Source: Meiothermus sp. (GTDB lineage: Bacteria; Deinococcota; Deinococci; Deinococcales; Thermaceae). From it: a stretch of DNA of 64,000 bases. Shown here in pieces: positions 17,750 through 27,678 of this stretch. Within the stretch, counting starts at the first letter, position 1; each line of letters begins with the position of its first letter. The position numbers and the translations under genes were made by a program. The notes under the pieces were generated by a model, which was not told the DNA's origin, did not search any database, and saw only the letters and a list, made by a program, of their open reading frames with translations. Location of the stretch: NCBI GenBank assembly GCA_033762915.1, contig JANRLD010000039.1:1-64000 (forward strand). The letters run 5' to 3'.

Positions 17750-18424
17750 ATGCTCGAGTCCCTCCTCCTCACGCTCCGCCTGGCCTTATTTGTCTCGCTG
17801 GGCCTGCTGCTCTTGGCCGCGCCGCTGGCCTGGGTGCTGGCGCGCTACGAGTTCCGCGGGAAGCGGGTGCTCGAGACGATTCTTCTCCTGCCCCTGGTTC
17901 TGCCCCCGACGGTGCTGGGCTTTTACCTGCTGCTGCTGCTGGGCCGGGGCGGCCCGGTGGCCGAGGGCACCGGCCTGACGCTGGCCTTCACCTTTTGGGG
18001 CATTCTGATCGGCTCGATGATCCTCAACACCCCGCTGGCCCTCTCCAACTACCGCGAGGCCTTCCGCTCAATTGACCCGGACCTGATCGCTACCGCCCGC
18101 ACGCTGGGGGCCTCGAGGTGGCGTATCTTCCGCGAGATCGTCTTGCCCCTGTCGGCGCCGGGCCTGCTCTCGGGGACCCTGCTGGTCTTCTCGCACGTGC
18201 TGGGAGAGTTCGGGGTGGTGCTGATGATCGGCGGTAGCCTCCCGGGCGAGACCCTGACCCTGAGCATCTATATCTACCAGCTCACCGAGGCCCTCCGCAT
18301 CGGCGAGGCCCACCAGGTTGCCCTGACCCTGATCGGTCTGGCCTTCGCGCTGCTGTTTGTGATCCGGGGCCTCGAGGCGCGGTGGAAGTCTACGTTGCGC
18401 TTGTCGGCAGAGGCTGGGCGTTGA
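17750..18424 (+). CDS. modB: Molybdate ABC transporter permease
   Basis: LPLVLPPTVLGFYLL, ARTLGAS, GEFG. Confidence 0.9.
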   Translation: MLESLLLTLRLALFVSLGLLLLAAPLAWVLARYEFRGKRVLETILLLPLVLPPTVLGFYLLLLLGRGGPVAEGTGLTLAFTFWGILIGSMILNTPLALSNYREAFRSIDPDLIATARTLGASRWRIFREIVLPLSAPGLLSGTLLVFSHVLGEFGVVLMIGGSLPGETLTLSIYIYQLTEALRIGEAHQVALTLIGLAFALLFVIRGLEARWKSTLRLSAEAGR

Positions 18425-18641
18425 GGGAAGACCAGAGGTGGTGAGCTGTCGGCGGTTGGCCCTTCGCCCCTGGAGCGGGGGTCAGCCCAGGCTCCGCAGA
18501 GTTCTAGGGCTGAAACCCACCACCTCCGACACTCCCGTGGCGCGGAAAGGATGAGTGTGGTTTTTCGCTGTAGTCTTTGACGTGACCTCTGCCCTTGCAA
18601 AACAATAGCCGCTAACCGCCCCGCACTTCACTCCCAACCCC

Positions 18642-19652
18642 ATGCACATCTCTTACCGACTCCACCACCCCATCGAGCTCGAGGTTAGCCTTCAGGTTCA
18701 AGGCTTCACCGTCGTGCTGGGCGAGAGCGGGGTGGGGAAGTCGAGCCTGCTGCGGGCGCTGGCGGGCTTGCTGAGAGCGCAGGGGCAGCCCTTCGAGGGG
18801 CTGAGGCCCGAGCAGCGGCCGGTGGGTTATCTGCCGCAGCATTTCGCGCTCTTTCCCCACCTGAACGCCTGGCAGAACGTGGCCTTTCCGCTGGCCCACC
18901 TGCCCAAGCCCCAGCGCAGGCAGAAGGCGCTCGAATACCTGGCTCAGATGGGCATTGAGGGCCTCGCCGAGCGGGCACCCCGGCAGCTCTCGGGCGGGCA
19001 GCAGCAGCGGGTGGGGCTGGCCAGGGCGCTGGCCAGAGAGCCCCAACTCCTCCTGCTCGACGAGCCCACCAGCGCCCTCGACGCAGCCACCCGCGAGCAG
19101 GTCTTCGCCGAGGTGATCGAGCGGCTGAAGGGTCTCGGTGTCCCCACCCTGTGCGCCTCCCACGACGTGTGGCTGGCCCAGCGCGCCGACTGGGTGGGGG
19201 TGCTGACCAGAGCCGGGCTGGTACAGCAAGGCAGCTCGGAGGAGGTCTTCACCCGGCCGGCGAGCCTCGAGGTGGCCCGCCTGGTTGGCTTCCGCAACCT
19301 GCTCGAGGGCCAAGTTCGGGCGGTCTCGCAGGGGACCACCGAGGTTCACACCGCCCTCGGCCCGCTCCGCGCCCCCGTCTACCCCTGGGCCGGACCAGGT
19401 CATAAGGTGATTCTGGGCATCCGCTCGGAGGAGGTGTTTACCCACGACGGGCCGCACAACCGGATCGCTGGGACGGTTCGCAACCTTCATACCCAGGGGC
19501 TGAGGGTCAGAGGTCAGCTCGAGGCCGGTGCGGTCAGGCTTGACTTCTTCCTACCCCGCTACAAGCAGGAGGAACTGCGGCTGGAAGAGGGACAGCGGGT
19601 CGAGGTGAGCCTCGAGCCGCGCTACATCCATCTGGTCGCAGTTGCGCCATAG
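18642..19652 (+). CDS. modC: Molybdate ABC transporter ATP-binding protein with TOBE-like tail
   Basis: GESGVGKS, LSGGQQQR, LLLDEP; operon context. Confidence 0.85.
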   Translation: MHISYRLHHPIELEVSLQVQGFTVVLGESGVGKSSLLRALAGLLRAQGQPFEGLRPEQRPVGYLPQHFALFPHLNAWQNVAFPLAHLPKPQRRQKALEYLAQMGIEGLAERAPRQLSGGQQQRVGLARALAREPQLLLLDEPTSALDAATREQVFAEVIERLKGLGVPTLCASHDVWLAQRADWVGVLTRAGLVQQGSSEEVFTRPASLEVARLVGFRNLLEGQVRAVSQGTTEVHTALGPLRAPVYPWAGPGHKVILGIRSEEVFTHDGPHNRIAGTVRNLHTQGLRVRGQLEAGAVRLDFFLPRYKQEELRLEEGQRVEVSLEPRYIHLVAVAP

Positions 19653-19759
19653 TGCGTTTGCGTAAGCTTCCACACCACCTCCGCAGCGAGCGGCTTACCG
19701 GCGCAATTCCCCAACAGGCTGCCGGGTGGCATTTTGCATATCAGCTATGGAGCCACTTA
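19638..19759 (+). mobile_element. MITE-like family A element overlapping the modC stop
   Basis: AGTTGCGCCATAGTG ... CTATGGAGCCACTTA; same length as the 17515 copy. Confidence 0.7.
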
Positions 19760-19780
19760 AATCCCTGGTGCAATTCCCTT

Positions 19781-19882
19781 GAGCGCTTCCCACCTTACTC
19801 CCTACGGCGCTAAAGCGGGCGGTTTTTGCTGTAGGGAATACATTACCTGCTGCCGCGAGGGAGGTAAGGGTGGGAAACGCGA
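19781..19882 (+). mobile_element. MITE-like family B element
   Basis: GAGCGCTTCCCAC...GTGGGAAACGCGA; closely similar to 49572-49673. Confidence 0.8.
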
Positions 19883-19990
19883 TTGGGGCGTTTCGGAGCG
19901 GTATCCGCGGCAGGTGTTAAGACATGCAGGCCAGCCACAAGGGCTGGCCCGATGGTTCAGGCTTTGGTACCGGCGGCCTGTCGCCCGCCC

Positions 19991-20176
19991 TCAACTCTGC
20001 TTCTGTTCGGCAGGTTTGGCGGTCTCCTTGACCTCTTCCTTCTCCTCGTTCAGCCCCTTCTTGAACTCCTTGGCCGAGGCGCCCAAGCCTCGAGCCAGCT
20101 CCGGCAGCTTCCGCGCCCCGAACAGCAGCACCAGAATTACCAGGATGATGATCAGTTCCGTAGGCCCGATAGGCAT
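19991..20176 (-). CDS. tatA: Twin-arginine translocase TatA
   Basis: GPTELIII..LLFGARKLPELARGLG..KEFKK. Confidence 0.95.
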   Translation of the reverse strand: MPIGPTELIIILVILVLLFGARKLPELARGLGASAKEFKKGLNEEKEEVKETAKPAEQKQS

Positions 20177-20346
20177 AGTTCCCTCCTTAGTCCTTAGCGG
20201 CCAGTATAACCCCGCAGACTTAAGTCTAACTGTAGGGCCAGGGCGTAACAGAAACGTGAAAGGCGGAGGTCGGTGAAACCGCGTGCGCGGTCAGCTTTCG
20301 GCACGGCGGTGAGCTCATCGGACTCCTAACCTCCGTACTCCGCCGG

Positions 20347-21429
20347 CTACATCTCCCGGTACCGGTCCCTGTGCAGCAGGATCGCAATCCCCAGGCCGAT
20401 GTAGACCATCAGCAGGCTGCTGCCGCCCTTGGACATCAGGGGGAGGGTCAGCCCGGTGACCGGGGCGATGCCCAGGGTGACCGCGATGTTGACCATGACC
20501 TGGAAGGTCAGCATCGAGAGAATTCCCGCAATCACCAGCCGGTCCTCGAGGCGCACGCACTCGGTGATCATCCGGCCCATGCGGAAGAAGAGTAGGGCGT
20601 AGAGCACCAGCAGCGACACCGCCCCCACGAAGCCCCACTCCTCCGAGAGTACCGAGTAAATGAAGTCGGTCTGGCGCTCAGGGACGAAGCCGAGCTGGGT
20701 CTGGGTGCCCTCGCCAAAGCCCTTGCCGAACAGCCCGCCGGAGCCGATGGCGATGGTCGACTGGATCTGCTGGAAGCCCTGCCCGCGGGGGTCCTGGTTG
20801 AGGTCGAAGAGGATTTCCACGCGGTTGCGTTGGTACTCGTTGAGGTTGGGCCAGATCACCGTGGGCAGCAGGGCGGCTACCAGCACCACCGCCAGCCCGA
20901 TGTGCCACAGCGGCATCCCCCGTACGAAGAGCATCCCCACCACCCCCGCCAGCAGCACCAGCGTCCCCCCCAGGTCGGGCTGGATAAAGACCAGCCCCAG
21001 CACCGGCGCGGCGATGAGGCCGGGCAGCACGTAGTCCAGGGGCCGCTCGAGGGTGCGCGTGGCCAGCACACGGGCCAGCAGAAGGACGAGCGCTATCTTG
21101 GCGATCTCGGAAGGCTGGAAGCCGACCGGTCCAAGGTCGAACCAGGCCTTGGCCCCGTTGATCTCGCGCCCGATCGCCAGCACCAGCACCAGCATCACCA
21201 GCGAGACCCCGTACAGCGGCAGCGCCCAGCCCAGCACCTGCCGCCGGCTGAAGGCCTGAATGACCAGCGCCGCCACGATGGCCACCGGGAAGAACAGCAC
21301 CTGCTGTACCCAAACACCCTGACTGGGGGCCGCGCTGAACAGCGTGACCAGCCCGATAAGGTTGATCAGCAATACCAGACTTAAGAACGCCCAGTCGTAG
21401 GCGAACAGGGGGACTCGAGGCAACGTCAC
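20347..21429 (-). CDS. rodA: Rod shape-determining protein RodA (SEDS)
   Basis: FQPSEIAK, QPDLG, AIGSGG, PERQTDFI, PVTGLTLP; leaderless GTG start. Confidence 0.9.
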   Translation of the reverse strand: MTLPRVPLFAYDWAFLSLVLLINLIGLVTLFSAAPSQGVWVQQVLFFPVAIVAALVIQAFSRRQVLGWALPLYGVSLVMLVLVLAIGREINGAKAWFDLGPVGFQPSEIAKIALVLLLARVLATRTLERPLDYVLPGLIAAPVLGLVFIQPDLGGTLVLLAGVVGMLFVRGMPLWHIGLAVVLVAALLPTVIWPNLNEYQRNRVEILFDLNQDPRGQGFQQIQSTIAIGSGGLFGKGFGEGTQTQLGFVPERQTDFIYSVLSEEWGFVGAVSLLVLYALLFFRMGRMITECVRLEDRLVIAGILSMLTFQVMVNIAVTLGIAPVTGLTLPLMSKGGSSLLMVYIGLGIAILLHRDRYREM

Positions 21430-21633
21430 CGGATGAGTGTACCGACTGGGGATGACCGGATGGTTTGAAAGCGGCACCGGCTGCGAAACAACGGTGTCAA
21501 GCCCGAAGCCCGGGAGGCTTGCCGCATCCCCGCTTTGTGCCGATCTCCGCCGACTCAAGCCGCTCCCGGCGGCCGGGCCGCGAAATGGTGCGCCTCACTT
21601 TTTCCCGCACCGCCAATGTCTTAGCCTTTGCCC

Positions 21634-22278
21634 ATGTCTACTGTGACGGTGTATTTCGACTATCTGTGTCCATTCGCCTGGCGCGGGTTGGAGCTGCTCA
21701 ACGTGGTGGCCCCGCTCGAGGGCTTCGACCTTGAGCTGCGCCACTTCAGCCTGGTGCAAGGCAACCACGCCGACAATGCCAACCTGCCGCGTAGCGCGCC
21801 TGCGTGGAAGCTGGCCGAACAGCCGATGGAAGCGTTACGCGGTGACCCCTCGCCCTTCCGGTACGGCGGCATGATGGCGTTCCTGGCCTCGCACGCCGCC
21901 GCCCAGCAGGGGAAGGCCGCGCACCTGAGCTTTGCCCTCGAGCTGTTCCGCCTGCGCCACCGGGAAAAAGCCGAACTCCACGAGCCAAGCACCCTTATCC
22001 TGGCTGCCGAGCGGGCCGGTCTGGGCGTGGGGCGTTTCCAGGACGACCTTGCCGAGGAGGCCGCCCGGCGGGGAGAACTGGCGAAAGACCTCGAGCAGGC
22101 CGGTGAGCTGGCGGTCTTCGGCACCCCCACCATCCAGCTTCCAGGCGGTCAGGCTGCCTACCTGCGCTTCGCCAACCTGACCACCGAGCCGGAGGCGGCG
22201 CTGCGCTTGTGGGGGCAGTTTGTGGGTGTGCTCGAGTCCGGCGCGCACATCGAGACCATCAAGCGCCCCCGCAGGTAG
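21634..22278 (+). CDS. DsbA-like thioredoxin-fold protein
   Basis: YFDYLCPFAW, VFGTPT. Confidence 0.85.
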   Translation: MSTVTVYFDYLCPFAWRGLELLNVVAPLEGFDLELRHFSLVQGNHADNANLPRSAPAWKLAEQPMEALRGDPSPFRYGGMMAFLASHAAAQQGKAAHLSFALELFRLRHREKAELHEPSTLILAAERAGLGVGRFQDDLAEEAARRGELAKDLEQAGELAVFGTPTIQLPGGQAAYLRFANLTTEPEAALRLWGQFVGVLESGAHIETIKRPRR

Positions 22279-22340
22279 TCCGGTCGGGCTCTGTGGCTTC
22301 CGTGCTTTTTCCCTCGACCCCCGCGGCCTACAGTGGGGCG

Positions 22341-23243
22341 GTGGACGGGGCGTCAAACTCTGAGACTCACCTGGGCCTGGTCTGTGTCACCCAGTCTGGG
22401 GCAGTGCGCTACAAGACCCTCACCCGTACCCGCTACCTGGCCCTGGAAGAAGGGCGGAAGCCCCAGGCGCTGCGGGCGCTCTACACCAACAACCTCGAGG
22501 CGCTCCTGGGGGCGCTTCGTTTCTGCCGCGCTGAAGGCATACGGCTTTACCGGATGCCCTCGGAGGTCTTTCCCCTGTCCGACTGGGAGAATGGCGTCGG
22601 GCGGGCGGTGTTGGGCGAGTTGGCCGAGGCCATAGGGGCGGTGGGCCGGGAGGCCGAGCGCCTGGAGCTGCGGGTCATCGCCCACCCCGACCAGTTCGTG
22701 GTGCTCAACTCCGAGAACCCCGCGGTGGTGGAGAATAGCCGGGCGATCCTCGAGAACCACGCCCTGATCTTCGACCTGCTGGGCCTTCCCCGAACAGCCT
22801 GGGCCTGCATCAACATCCACGGCGGCAAGCGCGGCCGGGGCACCGAGCTGGTGGAGAACATCCGAGGTCTGGGCGAGGGGGTGCGCTCGAGGCTCACCCT
22901 CGAGAATGACGAGCGGGCCTACGGGGCGGCCGAAATCCTCGAGGTCTGCCGCGCGGCCGGGGTCCCCATGACGTTCGACGCGCACCATCACTTGGTTAAA
23001 GAACGACTCTCCAGCTACGAAGACCCCTCCATTGCGGCGTTCGTTTCCGCCGCCCGCCAGACCTGGGTGCCGCCGGAATGGCAGGTGCTGCACATCTCCA
23101 ACGGGCGCGAACTGCTCCACGACATTCGCCACCACGACCTCGTCGAAGCCATGCCGTCCTCCTACCGCCAGGTCCAGTGGATCGAGGTCGAGGCCAAGGG
23201 CAAGGAGGTCGCCATCGCCCACCTGCGCGAGCACTGGCTGTGA
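22341..23243 (+). CDS. uvsE: UV damage endonuclease
   Basis: HPDQFVVLNS, LTLENDE, FDAHHH, EVEAKGKE. Confidence 0.92.
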   Translation: MDGASNSETHLGLVCVTQSGAVRYKTLTRTRYLALEEGRKPQALRALYTNNLEALLGALRFCRAEGIRLYRMPSEVFPLSDWENGVGRAVLGELAEAIGAVGREAERLELRVIAHPDQFVVLNSENPAVVENSRAILENHALIFDLLGLPRTAWACINIHGGKRGRGTELVENIRGLGEGVRSRLTLENDERAYGAAEILEVCRAAGVPMTFDAHHHLVKERLSSYEDPSIAAFVSAARQTWVPPEWQVLHISNGRELLHDIRHHDLVEAMPSSYRQVQWIEVEAKGKEVAIAHLREHWL

Positions 23244-23376
23244 CGGCGGTTCCCGCGATCAGAAGGTCCATCGCTCAAGGGTCTGCATAGACCTGCCAGA
23301 TGCCTCTCCGAAACGCCCGAAGAGACTTGCGTCCCGGGTAGCCGCTCCCCCCAGAAACGCAACTGCGCCTCTGATC

Positions 23377-24084
23377 TCACAGCCAGCTCGAGATCTCCTC
23401 GAGTCCCTTGCGCCTGAAGTCGGGCACCGTCGCGCCCTGGGCAGGATACCCGACCGGGAGCAGCAGCATGGCGGTCTCGTTCTCGCCCCGGCCCAGCAGC
23501 TCGCGCAGAAAGCCCATCGGGGTGGGGGTGTGGGTCAGGGTGGTCAGCCCCATCCGGTGCAGCGCGGCGATGAACATCCCGGCGCTGATGCCCACGCTCT
23601 CCTGGACGTAGTAGTTCTTCTTGTGGGAGCCGCCTGGCAGGACCTGGTAGTTCTGCTTGAATATCACCACCAGCCAGGGCGCGTCGGTTAGATGTTCCTT
23701 GACCCAGGTGGTGCCTATGGGGGCCAGCGCGTCCTTCCACTCCTCGGCCATGCGGCGGGTGTAGGTGGCGTACTCCTCGGCCTCGGCGGCAGCGCGGATG
23801 CGGGCCTTGAGGTCGGGGCTCGAGACCGCCACGTACTGCCAGGGCTGATGATGTGCGCCGCTGGGGGCGGTGCCGGCGGCCAGGATCGCCAGCTCGATAA
23901 GGCGGCGCGGCACGGGTTCGCTCGAGAACTGCCGTACGCTGCGGCGTCGGCTGAGGTCGCGGTAAAACGCCTCGGCCCGCTCTAGCATCTCGCCTTCGCT
24001 CAGGCGGGTGAACTCGAGGGGGACGTGCCGCCCCTCCGCGCGCTCGGGATAGACGGTCTGGAAGTCGGGCTTTGCCTGTGGCAT
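23377..24084 (-). CDS. Nitroreductase superfamily, iodotyrosine deiodinase-like
   Basis: RRSVRQFS, AGTAPSGAHHQPW, TLTHTP. Confidence 0.85.
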   Translation of the reverse strand: MPQAKPDFQTVYPERAEGRHVPLEFTRLSEGEMLERAEAFYRDLSRRRSVRQFSSEPVPRRLIELAILAAGTAPSGAHHQPWQYVAVSSPDLKARIRAAAEAEEYATYTRRMAEEWKDALAPIGTTWVKEHLTDAPWLVVIFKQNYQVLPGGSHKKNYYVQESVGISAGMFIAALHRMGLTTLTHTPTPMGFLRELLGRGENETAMLLLPVGYPAQGATVPDFRRKGLEEISSWL

Positions 24085-24283
24085 GTGGGAAGTTTACCGC
24101 GCCTCGGCCTCACGGCGGTTGCCGCAATCACCTGGCGGCAGGTTTTGCCTTCATGAGCAAACCACTGCCCCGTGGTGCCCGTATTTGTGGGCAATGCGAT
24201 CAGACCCCGCCTCGACCCCAACACCGACCCAGCCGCTACGCCGAACTTTTTGCCCGACGTTCGATCTTCGACCCTTGACGGCC

Positions 24284-25225
24284 TTAAAGCCCCTTGTTCT
24301 CCTCGAGGCCCAGGTGGACGTTCATCGACTGAACCGCCGCCCCCGAGGCCCCCTTGCCCAAGTTGTCCAGCCGTGCGACCAGCACCGCCTGCTCCTCGCG
24401 CCCGAAGGCGAAGATATCCACCCGGTTGGTGCCGTTGCAGGCCTGCACGTCGAAGAAGCCGTCCTCGAGGTTCCCCTCGTCGCCCAGCGGCATCACCCGC
24501 ACGAAGCCCTCGTCGGCGTAACGGGCTTGCAGCACGGCGTGGACGTCGGTTAGCGTTGCTCCGAGCTTCTGGGGTTCAAGGTAAACCGTCACCGCCAGCC
24601 CCTTGTAGAAGTCCCCCACCACCGGCACGAAAATGGGGTCGGCGGTCAGACCGGACTGCACCCGCATCTCCGGTAGGTGCTTGTGCCGGAGGCCCAGGGC
24701 ATAGGGCCGGGGCGAATCAAGCGAGGACGGGCGGGTGTCGCCGGCCGCCTGGTAGTTGGCGATCATTTTCTTGCCGCCACCGCTGTAGCCGGTGAGCGAG
24801 AAGGCTGGGAGCGCGAGGTCCGGCGGGACAATGCCCGCGTCCACCAGCGGCCGGACCAGCAGGATAAAGGCGGTGGCGTGGCATCCGGGGTTGGCGATGC
24901 GCTTGGACTCGCGGATGCGCTGCCGCTGGCCCGGGGCCATCTCGGGCAGCCCGAACACCCAGCCGGGGTCGGTGCGGTGGGCGGTGGAAGCGTCGATTAT
25001 GCAGGTGTTGGGGTTGCTGACCAGCGTGGCGGACTCCCTGGCCGCCGTGTCCGGCAGGCACAGAAAGGCCACGTCGGCGGCGTTGAGCAACTCGGCTCGA
25101 GCCGCCACGTCCTTGCGCCTTTCGGCGTCGATCTGTAGCACCTCGAGGTCGTCCCGCCCTGCGAGGTACTCGAAAATCTGCAGGCCGGTGGTGCCTTCTT
25201 GTCCATCTACGAAAACTCTGTGCAT
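24284..25225 (-). CDS. argC: N-acetyl-gamma-glutamyl-phosphate reductase (short type 2)
   Basis: [38 protein letters not shown]. Confidence 0.92.
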   Translation of the reverse strand: MHRVFVDGQEGTTGLQIFEYLAGRDDLEVLQIDAERRKDVAARAELLNAADVAFLCLPDTAARESATLVSNPNTCIIDASTAHRTDPGWVFGLPEMAPGQRQRIRESKRIANPGCHATAFILLVRPLVDAGIVPPDLALPAFSLTGYSGGGKKMIANYQAAGDTRPSSLDSPRPYALGLRHKHLPEMRVQSGLTADPIFVPVVGDFYKGLAVTVYLEPQKLGATLTDVHAVLQARYADEGFVRVMPLGDEGNLEDGFFDVQACNGTNRVDIFAFGREEQAVLVARLDNLGKGASGAAVQSMNVHLGLEENKGL

Positions 25226-25340
25226 GGGTGTCCTTTGCGTATGGTGTATCAAAGCGGTGGCGGCCAGGGGCCTGTAAGGCGGGCCCGCGCACCGTGTTTT
25301 CGGCCTTCGCGTCGGGCGTGCAAACCCGCCCTGCAGCGGC

Positions 25341-25979
25341 TCATGCGCCGATTGTATCAAACTCGGGGTTGCGCCACTGCATAAGCAGCGCACAGTTATG
25401 CGACTCTGCGTCTTCCAGGTAGCCGCGCAGCAGCCCTACGGGCTCGAGGCCGTTCCTCAGCTGGGCCGAGACGGTGGGGTCGGTAAGCTCGCCGGCGATG
25501 ACCCGTTGGACGTATTCCTCGGGCGTCATCCAGCCGGCGACGAGGTGGTAGCCGGGGATGCGCCCAGCGGTGAGAAAGCGCTCGAGCTTTAACTGCCGCA
25601 CCAGCGCGTAGCGGGCCTCGTAGAGCCGTCTCGCCACGCCCCTTCCGCGCCACTCCGGCCGCACCGCGATGTCAATGCCGTAGAGCGAGTTCCCGCTGGG
25701 GTCGTGGTTGCGGATGAAGCCGTGGTCGCTGGCCTCGTAAAAAGTGTGGGGCGGGTCGCCGGGCTGCCACTGCTTAATCAGGGCGGTGGACGAGGCGATG
25801 AGTTCTCCACCAACCTCGGCGCACAGCGCACCTTCGGGGAAGTGCCGGACGTGCGAGGCGATCTGCTCGAGGCTCCACAACTGCTCCTCGGGGTAGGGCG
25901 CGGGGAAGCACTCCCGCTGGATGCGCAGCAGCTGGGGGAAATCCGCGACGGTGTAGGGGCGGATGGTCAGGTGGTCCAC
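25341..25979 (-). CDS. GNAT acetyltransferase
   Basis: [15 protein letters not shown]; start inferred from TAAACT-N7-GTG. Confidence 0.8.
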   Translation of the reverse strand: MDHLTIRPYTVADFPQLLRIQRECFPAPYPEEQLWSLEQIASHVRHFPEGALCAEVGGELIASSTALIKQWQPGDPPHTFYEASDHGFIRNHDPSGNSLYGIDIAVRPEWRGRGVARRLYEARYALVRQLKLERFLTAGRIPGYHLVAGWMTPEEYVQRVIAGELTDPTVSAQLRNGLEPVGLLRGYLEDAESHNCALLMQWRNPEFDTIGA

Positions 25980-26138
25980 GGCAACGAGTTTAGCACCCGG
26001 GAAAAAGCGCATAATCATGCAACAGTCACGTCAAGTGCGCTGCACTTCCATCTGTTAAGCCGCCCCTGCCCTCATAGCAAGAGCCGCCCGATAGCTCGAC
26101 GGTAGGTGCTCGAGGAGCGGTCTGGGCGGCTTTTTTCT

Positions 26139-26214
26139 TGGTGCCAAGGGGCGGGCTTGAACCGCCGACACTACGATTTTCAGTCGTATGCTCTACCAGC
26201 TGAGCTACCTTGGC
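26139..26214 (-). tRNA. tRNA-Phe(GAA)
   Basis: 76-nt cloverleaf GCCAAGGTAGCTCAG...CTGAAAA...CTTGGCACCA. Confidence 0.97.
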
Positions 26215-26292
26215 GTTTGGCCCTGAGCTTTAGGGCCGATTGACTTTCGCCAATAGGTGGCGAAAACCTCAGGGCCCTAAGGCGGGGCATTT

Positions 26293-26369
26293 TGGCGCTC
26301 CGGACGGGACTTGAACCCGCGGTCTGCCACGTGACAGGCGGCTATGTTAACCAACTACACCACCGGAGC
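26293..26369 (-). tRNA. tRNA-Asp(GTC)
   Basis: 77-nt cloverleaf GCTCCGGTGGTGTAG...CTGTCAC...CCGGAGCGCCA. Confidence 0.97.
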
Positions 26370-26427
26370 AACTTTAGGCTTGTCGAAGAGTTTCTTCAAA
26401 CAGGCACATAGGATAATAGCGGCTGTG

Positions 26428-26841
26428 ATGGGCAGTGTCAAGCCGAATGTCCTTGCCGACTCCAGGGCGTCGCATCATTTGCTGTCGTGGAGCGAGGTTC
26501 TGGCAACGCACAAGACCTTGCGGGGCATCGGAAGGCACAGCCTTCTGGTGGACAGGGGAGAGTCCGGCTACCGCAACCGCTTCCTCGAGGATGGCCGCAT
26601 CCTCTACCCGGGCGAAGGTTTGGCAGGTGACCAGCAGCCGCTCAAGGGCAACCGGGTTTTGCTCGAGGCACTCGCCGACGGGCGAGGGCTGCGGGTATAC
26701 CGCCGCGAGGCCGTGAACCAATGGAGCGACCTCGGCCTGTACAAAGTGGCCGAGGTCGAGTACCGGTTTGAGTCAGCCGAGCGGCGCCACGTCTACTGGT
26801 TTACCCTCACGCCTACCCCTCGACCAGCGCCAACACCCTGA
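26428..26841 (+). CDS. Stand-alone SRA/YDG-like domain protein
   Basis: ILYPGEG..GDQ....GNRVL..LRVYR..LGLYKV pattern of SRA domains; start uncertain. Confidence 0.6.
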   Translation: MGSVKPNVLADSRASHHLLSWSEVLATHKTLRGIGRHSLLVDRGESGYRNRFLEDGRILYPGEGLAGDQQPLKGNRVLLEALADGRGLRVYRREAVNQWSDLGLYKVAEVEYRFESAERRHVYWFTLTPTPRPAPTP

Positions 26842-27583
26842 GCGGGCTGCCCGAGCCGTCCACCAGCTTGAGCGGCGGGGTGATGAGCAGGGCGCCCTTG
26901 GGGGGGAGCTGCTCGAGGTTGCACAGGCTGGCCAGCCCGAAGCGCCCGCTGCCGTGGAACAGGGTGTGGGCGGGGAAGGGCGGGTCGAAGCCGCCCGCCG
27001 CCCCGGCGTCGGTCCCCACCGTCTCGACCCCGAAGCCCAGGATGTCGCGCTCGACCAGCAGCTTGACCGCCGCCACCGACGGCCCCGGCGAGACCGGCCC
27101 GTTCGGCCCCACGTTGAGGAAGGCGGCCCCAGTGCGCTTCGACCAGCCGGTACGCAGCAGCACCCAGGTGCCCGGCTCGATCCGGCCGTGCTTGGCCTCC
27201 CAGGCCTCGATGTGGGCGGGCTCGAGCAAAAACCCCTCGTCCGCCGCTGCCTCGGCGCCAAAGTCGAGCACGTTGGCTGGGGCCACCAGCTTGCCGGCCG
27301 GGATGGTCTCGGTGGTGTTGTCGGGCAGCCCTTGCCCAGTGACCCAGTGGACGGGCGCGTCGAAGTGTGTTCCGGTGTGTTCGCCCAGCGTGAGGGTGTT
27401 CCAGTACCAGCCCGGCCCCGCTTGGTCGTAGCGGGAGATTTGTTGCACGCTCAGGCCCGGCGAGGGGGCGAAGATGGGCGGCAGCCCGATCACGGGCGTC
27501 TGGGGACTGAGCGGCTGGGTCAGGTCGACGACACGGACTTTACCGCTGGCGAGGTCGGCGATGAGGCTGGGCAGTGAGGACAT
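26813..27583 (-). CDS. Cyclase-family metallohydrolase (kynurenine formamidase/isatin hydrolase-like)
   Basis: EHTGTHFDAPVH, LLRTGWS, GSGSPLR. Confidence 0.9.
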   Translation of the reverse strand: MSSLPSLIADLASGKVRVVDLTQPLSPQTPVIGLPPIFAPSPGLSVQQISRYDQAGPGWYWNTLTLGEHTGTHFDAPVHWVTGQGLPDNTTETIPAGKLVAPANVLDFGAEAAADEGFLLEPAHIEAWEAKHGRIEPGTWVLLRTGWSKRTGAAFLNVGPNGPVSPGPSVAAVKLLVERDILGFGVETVGTDAGAAGGFDPPFPAHTLFHGSGRFGLASLCNLEQLPPKGALLITPPLKLVDGSGSPLRVLALVEG

Positions 27584-27678
27584 GGAGGCTCCTTTGGGTC
27601 TTGCGTAGTGCCGATGGAGGGGGGCTTTTTGCAGAGGGCAATTGGTCGTTGGCTAAGAGCTAAGCGCTGGCCAGAGGC

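Noticed and set aside
18382..18641. Original modC start (GTG GAA GTC) overlapping modB, displaced by an insertion
   Set aside because: Frame stops after about 20 codons and modC at 18642 looks complete; only weak repeat similarity in the gap
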